64,000 bases of DNA from the human T2T-CHM13v2.0 reference genome, Homo sapiens, in the NCBI RefSeq assembly GCF_009914755.1, contig NC_060934.1; one strand, given 5' to 3'. The notes below the pieces were generated by a model, which had not been told where the DNA came from, did not search any database, and saw only the letters and a list, made by a program, of their open reading frames with translations. Below, piece by piece: positions 53,618-64,000 of the stretch. How positions within the stretch are numbered: the first letter of the stretch is position 1; every line of letters starts with the position of its first letter. Position numbers and translations under genes: made by a program.

Positions 53618-53827
53618 ATGCTGGTGGGGATCCGGGTGCTGGACATCAACGACAACGACCCTGTGCTGCTGAACCTGCCCATGAACATCACCATCAGCGA
53701 GAACAGCCCTGTCTCCAGCTTTGTCGCCCATGTCCTGGCCAGTGACGCTGACAGTGGCTGCAATGCACGCCTCACCTTCAACATCACTGCGGGCAACCGC
53801 GAGCGGGCCTTCTTCATCAATGCCACG
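53618..53827 (+). CDS. CDH23: CDH23 exon ~43 (210 bp): MLVGIRVLDINDNDPV...AFFINAT
   Basis: ggcccag|ATG ... ACG|gtaggg; DINDN and ASDAD motifs. Confidence 0.97.
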
Positions 53828-54357
53828 GTAGGGCCTAGACTGACCCCAGGGAGCTTCCCAGGGTTTCCAGTGAAAAAGAGGACCCTGCCCTAGAGGCTTT
53901 TCTGCTGCCACCATCTGGGCTCCACCGGGCTCCCGTTCCTGCACTGGGATGAGGACACCTCTGTGGGAAGCATGGAATCTTGGATTCACCAGTGAACCAT
54001 CTCTGGAGTCCACCTAGAGCCAGCCCTGAAGCTTGTCATGTGCAGAGATGGGGCCAGAGCCTGTGGGACCACTTGGTTTAATCAAGACGCACCAAAGTTC
54101 TCACTTAGCCTCTTGAGGTGTCTGTAGATGGCCAACAACACCATGGGGTCCTCCGAGGGCCATCTCTCAGAAGCAGCAAGGCCTGGGCATGAGTGGGTCA
54201 CTCTCTCCCCGGCGAGACCCTGCCGACCCACATTTTTGGCCTTCTAGATCATCTCTTAGGCAATTTAGGGAGGCCAAGCAGAGCAGTTGGCATCTGTGGG
54301 CCAAAGTAGAAAGCAGGGAAAAGGTCTCCATGCAGCTCACCACCCTCCACATCCCAG

Positions 54358-54465
54358 ACAGGGATCGTCACTGTGAACCGGCCCCTGGACCGCGAGCGGA
54401 TCCCAGAGTACAAGCTGACCATTTCTGTGAAGGACAACCCGGAGAATCCACGCATAGCCAGGAGG
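54358..54465 (+). CDS. CDH23: CDH23 exon ~44 (108 bp): TGIVTVNRPLDRERIPEYKLTISVKDNPENPRIARR
   Basis: atcccag|ACA ... AGG|gtgaga; LDRE motif. Confidence 0.96.
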
Positions 54466-55215
54466 GTGAGACTGGAGGGCACTGGTGGGAGTGGGCTGGG
54501 AGCTAGAGGCGCATGGAGAGAGAACACATCACCCCTCCTGCAGGCAGCATAGCCAGGCTTAGATGCACAGGCTTTGGAGTGAGCACGTGCTGGCTTCAAA
54601 TCCCAGTTCTCTCCTTCAGTAGGTGCGTGGCTTTGGCTAGTTAACTCCTCTTGGCCTCCATTTCTCTTCTGCAAAATGAAGATCTCACCTACCCCAAAGT
54701 TGTAGAAAGGATGAAGGAGCCAATATATGTGAAAGCCTCAGCACAGTGCCTGGAGTGTGACAAACACTCAGTGAACATCAACTATCATTGTTTCCTCCCC
54801 AAACCACTGATACCTGGACACACACTGCATTTGTGCATGGGGCACATGGGCCTGCATTCACCCACAAGCATGCTCTGAGGTCCTGGAAGGGCTGCGTTTT
54901 CCAGGTGGCTCTCCCCTCAGAAGCCAAAGAAATGAGCTCTTGACTAAAGGGAGGTGGATGTTGCAAAGCAAACAGTCCCTTTGGGTTGGGGGTCAGCTCT
55001 GTCCTTCCAGCCCATGAATCTGTGGTAGATTCCTAGCCAGAAGCCTTCAGGCCCAGTTCATCTCAGCTCTGCCCCTGACTAGCTGTGTGGCTCAGCCAAG
55101 GCACCACTCTTTCTGGGCCTCAGTTTCCCTATCGGTCTAGCCAGAGGAGACGTCAGGCTGGAGAAACTCATAAGCTACATGCCCCTCCCATGTGGTGCTC
55201 CTCTGCTTCCTACTC

Positions 55216-55523
55216 TTTTTTTTTTTTTTTTTTTTTGAGACAGAGTCTCACTCTGTCACCCAAGCTGGTGTGCAGTGGTGCAATCGTGATCTCAGCTCAC
55301 TGCAACCTCCACCTCCCAGGTTCAAGCGATTCTTGTGCCTCAGCCTCCCGAGTAGCTAGGATTACATGCACACGCCACCTTGCCCGGCTAATTTTTGTAT
55401 TTTTAGCAGAGATGGGATTTCACCATGTTGGCGAGGCTTGTCTCAAACTCCTGACCTCAAGCAATCCACCTGCCTCAGCCTCCCAAAGTGCTGGGATTAC
55501 AGGTGTGAGCCACCATGCCCAGC
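55216..55523 (-). mobile_element. Alu (AluS-like)
   Basis: Full dimer with poly(T); near-duplicated flanks gcttc(c)tactc. Confidence 0.93.
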
Positions 55524-56046
55524 TTCTACTCCCTCATTTTTGCCCCCACTTTTTCTCTTTTCTGCTCTCATTTTTCCTCTCCCTTGCCTGGCTTCAGGAG
55601 GGCCCCGGGTAAAAGCAGCATTGAGTGGCAGGACTCGGTGGGCTTAGGGGCTAAGCCCCACTCTGCTGCTAACTCACCACTTGGCTCTGAATGGGCACTC
55701 CCCATCTCTGCACCTTGGTTCCCTTGTCTCTGAGGTGGTGACAGTGCACAGGGGTACTGGAGGTTCTGAGGTTTGCGAGTGTGAAGTGAGGCACTGGCAG
55801 AGTTTGAATGAACTCCAGCCAGGGCAACAGGAAGGCCTTGAAGGTCGAGAAACAGGACTCATCTTCCCGCCTGAAGTGAGATGGAACAGGATTCAATCCC
55901 ATTTGCCACACTTCCGTGAAGGAGTTAAATCCCTATTTGCCAGACTAGAAAACTGAGACCCAGACAGGGGAAATGAGGCACCCAAGATCACCCAGAATAG
56001 GGTCTTCAACCCAGGTCTTTGAACCCTGGTGTGGGCGCTTTTCAGA

Positions 56047-57535
<1,489 letters not shown>

Positions 57536-57666
57536 TCATGTTGGTGTGGGCTTTTCTGATCATCCACCTCTGTGCCCCAATCCCCAACCTCCCAACCCTC
57601 CTCCCACCTAGGTGGGGGCACTTTGCTGAGCATGGCCTACAACGTGCCCCATTCTGCCCCTTGCAG

Positions 57667-57769
57667 GATTATGACTTGCTTCTGATCTTCCTTTCTGATG
57701 AGAATGACAACCACCCCCTCTTCACTAAAAGCACCTACCAGGCAGAGGTGATGGAAAACTCTCCCGCTG
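57667..57769 (+). CDS. CDH23: CDH23 exon ~45 (103 bp): [19 protein letters not shown]...ENSPA
   Basis: ccttgcag|GAT ... GCT G|gtaggt; DENDN motif. Confidence 0.97.
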
Positions 57770-59014
57770 GTAGGTGCTGGGCCCACCCGGGAGCTCCTGC
57801 TGTTGCCAGGCACCACTGGGGCCTGGGATGCCTGAGGACCTCCCTTATGCCTAACGGCATAGCTGAACCTAGACCCCAGTGGGTGCGGGAGGGGAAGGAT
57901 GGGTGCAGCTCCGGGAGATGGTGGGCTGGGGCTCCCGGGCCTCCTATGAGCACAAAGAAGCCACAGGTCTGGTTGGAAGAGACAGTCGTGGTCATTGTTC
58001 CCCAGGGTGGTCTGAGAGCTGCCCCACCATCCCTCAAGAAGGGCATGTAAGGTGTGAGGACTACCCCGGAGGGGAGTGGGTCCACCCCTCACTGCTCCCT
58101 CCACCCCAGGAGTGCAGGGCATCCCAGGGCCTTCTGGAAGCCCTGGGGAGCATCTATAACTAGAAGTGGGAGGTCAGGGGGTCCTGGGTAGGCCAGTGTA
58201 GCCCTCTCCCCACACACATGCACTGACCAGGCTCACCTCCCTCCAGAGGGACAGAATCTCCTCTGTGATGTCCCCTGAGGTGGCACCTGCACTCCTCCAG
58301 TCTCCCCAGCCCCTGTTCCTCATCTCTGGCTGGGCATCCCCCCTAGGTGAATTTCATTCTTAAACCTGTCTGTGTGTATGCTCACACATGTGCCCGTGTG
58401 TGTCCATACCAAGGCATGTGCGTGGGGTTACACATGTGCACAGACACATATAGGTACATGGGTGCCCACTGATGCGCTCGTGTGCAGACATGCCCACCTG
58501 CAGAGGCACACGAGTGCACAACCAGGGAATCCCAGGCCTGTGCGTGCTCCTGGACAAGTGCCTGTGGCCATGTGAACACAGAACTTGATGCACACATGTG
58601 TGGATTTTTCTAGTCATGTATGGCCAGGCCCCCAAAGGCAGAGCATTGTGTGAACACATGTGTTGACAGGCGAGACCCACACATGGGGAGGGGATGTCAG
58701 GGAGCCCCAGACCCTCCCGAGGAGCGGCCAGCCTCAAAGGCTGCTGGGAAGGCAGATGTGGCTCTGGGCAGCCGGGGCCTTGCTCACCACTCTCATGTTT
58801 TCTCCCCAGCAGGGCTTTGAGGCCGCTCCCCAGGCATCTGCGTTCAGTCTGCCAAGGCTGCCGCAGGCCCGCCCCCAGGGCCTCCCCACCCTGTCCACCT
58901 CACCTCCCTCCCCTCTCATCCATCGTCAGCCATGGCTCACCGGGACAGGGCAGGGGAGGTGGGAGGGCAGGGGGCTGGGTTGGTCTTGTGGTGACCCCTC
59001 TCCTTCTGGCCCAG

Positions 59015-59140
59015 GCACCCCTCTCACGGTGCTCAATGGGCCCATCCTGGCCCTGGATGCAGACCAAGACATCTACGCCGTGGTGAGCTACCAGCTGCTG
59101 GGTGCCCAGAGTGGCCTCTTTGACATCAACAGCAGCACCG
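59015..59140 (+). CDS. CDH23: CDH23 exon ~46 (126 bp): (G)TPLTVLNGPILALDADQD...FDINSST
   Basis: ggcccag|GC ... ACC G|gtgagg; ALDAD motif. Confidence 0.97.
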
Positions 59141-59473
59141 GTGAGGCCTCTGTGCCACCCAGCACTCCCAGCCTGATTCTGGGGTGGGGATGGCCACACT
59201 GCTGGATTGAGGGCCTCCCTTCTCAGTGCTGGACCCAGGCTGTCCGTGGAGACCCCATTTTTCACAGCCCAGAGTCCCCATCTTGCAGCTGGGTTATATC
59301 ACCCAGTGGCCTGGCAGGGGGACGTGGGAAGAGGCTTGGAGACGATACACAGGACCTCTGTTGGTGCACGAACTCTCAGCCTGGGCCGGGAGCCCCCCAG
59401 CCCACTCCCGTCATCTCCCCATGCGCAGGCCAGAGGCTCAGGCCCCTAGTCCAGCAGAAGTAGCCAGAGCGAC

Positions 59474-59527
59474 TTTCCTGTCCTCCAACCAGACCATGCC
59501 ACATCCGTCTGGTCCTGGACAGGAGGC
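59474..59527 (+). ncRNA. MIR7152: MIR7152 precursor hairpin in CDH23 intron 46
   Basis: TTTCCTGTCC pairs with GGACAGGAGG, and ACCAGAC with GTCTGGT around a 12-nt loop. Arms match recalled miR-7152-5p (59474-59495) and -3p (59508-59527). Confidence 0.8.
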
Positions 59528-59858
59528 CGCTTTGGTGACAGGTGCCGACAGGAAAGCACATCTGTCAACAGAGACGGTCAACCCTGTGCCCTGGGTCACT
59601 CTTCCCAGGCAAGAGTCTTGAAGACAGCAGAGGGCACCTGCAGAGGGGACAACCACAGGAAATGCATGGGGCCCTCCCTCAGCACGGGTGGTTGAGCCTG
59701 TGGGGGAGAAAGTCATTTTGTTACTGCCTCTGCTCCTCTTTCATCTCTGTCCCATGGTGCCCCTGTCTTTCTCTGCTCTCTCCCTGTTGGTTCTTGCCCT
59801 GTCTTCCCACCGCACCCCTTTTCTGTGTGTTTCCCTGGCTGGCGGCACCGGGTGCCAG

Positions 59859-60062
59859 GTGTGGTGACCGTGAGGTCAGGTGTCATCATTGACCGGGAGG
59901 CATTCTCGCCACCCATCCTGGAGCTGCTGCTGCTGGCTGAGGACATCGGGCTGCTCAACAGCACGGCCCACCTGCTCATCACCATCCTGGATGACAATGA
60001 CAACCGGCCCACCTTTAGCCCTGCCACCCTCACTGTCCATCTGCTAGAGAACTGCCCGCCTG
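59859..60062 (+). CDS. CDH23: CDH23 exon ~47 (204 bp): (G)[15 protein letters not shown]...[10 protein letters not shown]...ENCPP
   Basis: gtgccag|GT ... CCT G|gtaagc; IDRE and DDNDN motifs. Confidence 0.96.
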
Positions 60063-60274
60063 GTAAGCAGGGGACAGGCCCCAGCACCCCACAACCAGGG
60101 GCCGGTTGGTGGTCACAGGGGACTGGAGCCTCAGGTTGGACACGGAGTTTGCCTCCAGTGGGGAGAAAGATGGGCAGCAGGGTGAGTGTAGAACACACTG
60201 GAGAGGGAGTCAGGAGACCTGGGCCCCTGCTTCCCTCCTCTGAGCTTCTGTATCTTGCCTGCAAAACAAGATTC

Positions 60275-60669
<395 letters not shown>

Positions 60670-61268
60670 TAGGATCAACATGATTCCCATCAAAATCAAA
60701 TATAACTTCTGGAAGAATAAGAAAATTTTGAAAAACATAAGTATAATAAGCCAGATTTGGCTTACCAGATTTTATAACATATTATAAAGCTACAGTATTT
60801 AAGGCCATGCAATATGGGCACAAGACTCCAGGACAAAGTAGCCCAGAAACAGATACTGGTAAATTAAAGAATAAAATATGATGTGATAAAGGAAGCAATG
60901 AGGCCAATGGGGAAGCTACTTATTCAGTGTGCAAAAACCTATTTAATCTAATCAATTACATCCAATTATTATAATCTGTATGTAATCTAATATAATAATA
61001 ATGTAATATTTAGTGTAGATTCTCCCCCATGTCAGACACCAAAATAAAAACCAAAAGAAAATATTAAAAAGTAGAAAACACTAAACAATAAATGAAGAAA
61101 ACTTAGGTGAATAACTCATTTCTGGGTAAGAAGGTTCTAAGCATAAAAGAAAAGAACTTAAGAGGAAAAATATTAAATTTCTATGCATGCTAATTTAAAC
61201 CTTGTTACATCAAATAATTATAGCCAATATTGAAAGGCAAACAACAAACCAAAAAGTATATTTGTCTT

Positions 61269-61544
61269 GGTCCAGGCGAGGTGGCTCACGCCTGTAATCC
61301 CAGCAATTTGGGAGGCTGAGGCAGGTGGATCACTTGAGGTCTGGAGTTCCAGACCAGCCTGACATGGAGAAACCCTTTCTCTACTAAAAATACAAAAAAT
61401 TAGCCAGGCATGGTAGTGGGTGCCTGTAATCCCAGCTACTCAGGAGTCTGCTGCATAAGAATCACTTGAACCTGGGAGGCAGAGGTTGCAGTAAGCCGAG
61501 ATCACACCACTGCACTCCAGCCTAGGTGACAGTGTAAGACTCCA

Positions 61545-61606
<62 letters not shown>
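61269..61606 (+). mobile_element. Alu (AluS-like) with A~28 tail and (TA)n
   Basis: Full dimer on the + strand inside an AT-rich old L1 fragment. Confidence 0.93.
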
Positions 61607-61609
<3 letters not shown>

Positions 61610-61911
61610 TCAAGTTGTCATAATTATGTGACTTGTATAATTGACAGAAAAATGGACAAAAGACAAAAGCAGACCATTTGCAGAAGATACAACTAATTAT
61701 TACATTATAAAATATTGTTTAATCAAAGAATATAAAATAAAATAACATGCCATTTTCCTATAAAATTGCAAGTATGAAAAAGGTATAAAAGAAAATGCTG
61801 TCAAGGCTGTCATGAGAAGGGGACTTGAGAAGATCACCAACAAATGTGTCTTGGTAGATCTTTCTGGAAGAGGCCACTGTGCGCAGCTACTCCCTTTTCC
61901 CTCTCCAACAG

Positions 61912-62370
61912 GATTCTCAGTCCTTCAAGTCACAGCCACAGATGAGGACAGTGGCCTCAATGGGGAGCTGGTCTACCGAATAGAAGCTGGGGCTCAGGAC
62001 CGCTTCCTCATTCATCTGGTCACCGGGGTCATCCGTGTTGGTAATGCCACCATCGACAGAGAGGAGCAGGAGTCCTACAGGCTAACGGTGGTGGCCACCG
62101 ACCGGGGCACCGTTCCTCTCTCGGGCACAGCCATTGTCACCATTCTGATCGATGACATCAATGACTCCCGCCCCGAGTTCCTCAACCCCATCCAGACAGT
62201 GAGCGTGCTGGAGTCGGCTGAGCCAGGCACTGTCATTGCCAATATCACGGCCATTGACCACGACCTCAACCCAAAGCTAGAGTACCACATTGTCGGCATT
62301 GTGGCCAAGGACGACACTGATCGCCTGGTGCCCAACCAGGAGGACGCCTTTGCTGTGAATATCAACACAG
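61912..62370 (+). CDS. CDH23: CDH23 exon ~48 (459 bp): (G)FSVLQVTATDEDSG...AFAVNINT
   Basis: ccaacag|GA ... ACA G|gtacaa; ATDED, IDRE and DINDS motifs; phase 1-1. Confidence 0.97.
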
Positions 62371-62711
62371 GTACAAGGGCCTGCACCCCTCCCACCTCCC
62401 TCCCAGCTCCCAGTCCTGTCTCCTCGCTCCCTGCTTCCCCCTTCTTTCTCCTTTCTCTTTCTTTGCTGTTCCCTTGCTACTCTCTTCTCTCCCCCTCCTC
62501 TGGAGGGAAACCAGAACCGTCCTTCTCTTTTCCATCTCTCCCCTTGCTTTCTTTCTCTGCTTCCTCATCCTCCCTTGAGCAGCTCCTCTGGCCTTCCTGA
62601 TTCCCTCGCCCTACCAGTGTATGAGAGCACCTATCTCACCACATCATGCCAGTATTAAATATGATAACATTTTCATGTTGGCAATTTTAGAGGAAAGTAA
62701 TACCTTGTTTG

Positions 62712-63031
<320 letters not shown>

Positions 63032-64000
63032 GTGATACCTTGTTTAATATGCATTTCTTTACTAACTAGGTGGCTGAACACTTTCTTCATATGTATGCTG
63101 GCCATTTAAATCCTCTGCAAGTTGCATGCGATCAATGATTTTCTTACACTATCACGAAACCAAGAGAACCATGGCTTATCTTTCACAATGTATGTAGTTT
63201 ATTGTAATGCTGATGGTTTTATCATTTTCCCAAAAGTTCAGTGTTTTTCTCCTTTGAGGAGTTAGGAAAGGGACATGGAGCTGATACGTGTACTTCTTGG
63301 AAGGCCCAGAGGAATGATAGAAGAATCAACATGGCTGTGACAAAGCACTAAAACAGCAGTAAGATATCAGTTTTTCACACGTGATTAGTGGACATTAGGA
63401 TGCTGGACAATGTTGATATTGGTGACCGTGTGGGGACATGGAAACCCTCATGCACTGCTGTAGGAGTTGTGACTGATTCCACTGTCTGGATAGCAATCCA
63501 GCATAAGGGACACTTGTACCACCATTACCCAGTATATGTTCCAGAGAAAGTCTCAGGGCATTAATGAAACTGTCTGAGGATGCTCACTGCAGTGTTATTG
63601 GTGATGGTGGAGTTGGGGCCATGCAGGTATCCATTTCTGGGAGACTGAAGAGTAAAATATCATGGGTGTGCATCATGGGGGTACCAGCCAGCAGTGCCAG
63701 CGGTGAGAAGCAATAAATTAGACACACACAGAGCAATGTAGATGGATCCTAATAATAAGTATTTACTGAAAAGGATAATAAATGGGATGAGATATATGCC
63801 ACAGCACCATTTCCATAAATGTAAAATACATACAAAATAATACATGATTTTCAGAAATACTTTTATTAACAAAAAATATACTTCAATACATTACAATGAC
63901 TGCCTGAGGGGAGAAGGGAAGGAGAGATGAGTATGGGAATGAAAGGGAGTAGACGCACACATAAAACAAGAGAAGTGCCAGTGGTCATAGTGTGCAGCGA

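Noticed and set aside
55085-55612. ORFs with [20 protein letters not shown] peptides (also 27702-28495, 36692-37128, 57067-57390, 60331-60672)
   Set aside because: Alu-derived translations.

Overview
Human genomic DNA (Alu/MIR/L1/L2/MaLR repeats, GT-AG introns), recognised as the middle of CDH23 (cadherin-23, USH1D/DFNB12, 10q22.1) on the + strand. Seventeen coding exons join in one frame and encode roughly ectodomain repeats EC12-EC21. They are exons 32-48 in the 70-exon numbering as I recall it, and one is a 3-nt microexon. The 35.7-kb intron after exon 38 contains the complete 7-exon VSIR (VISTA/B7-H5, 311 aa) gene on the - strand. Also present are a probable non-coding first exon of C10orf105 (- strand) and the MIR7152 hairpin in intron 46. 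I see no unannotated protein-coding gene; most ORF-track entries are noise. The best leads are non-coding: (1) four perfect AGGTCA nuclear-receptor half-sites in 38 bp next to a 68-bp x4 G-rich minisatellite filling VSIR intron 6; (2) the 3-nt Lys microexon with SRRM4-type architecture; (3) inverted Alus placed symmetrically around the in-frame exon 48; (4) very long AG-exclusion zones before exons 43 and 47; (5) a motif-dense enhancer candidate with a near-perfect GRE in VSIR intron 3. Exon numbers, residue numbers and variant names come from memory and should be checked by alignment. Repeat boundaries and subfamilies are approximate.
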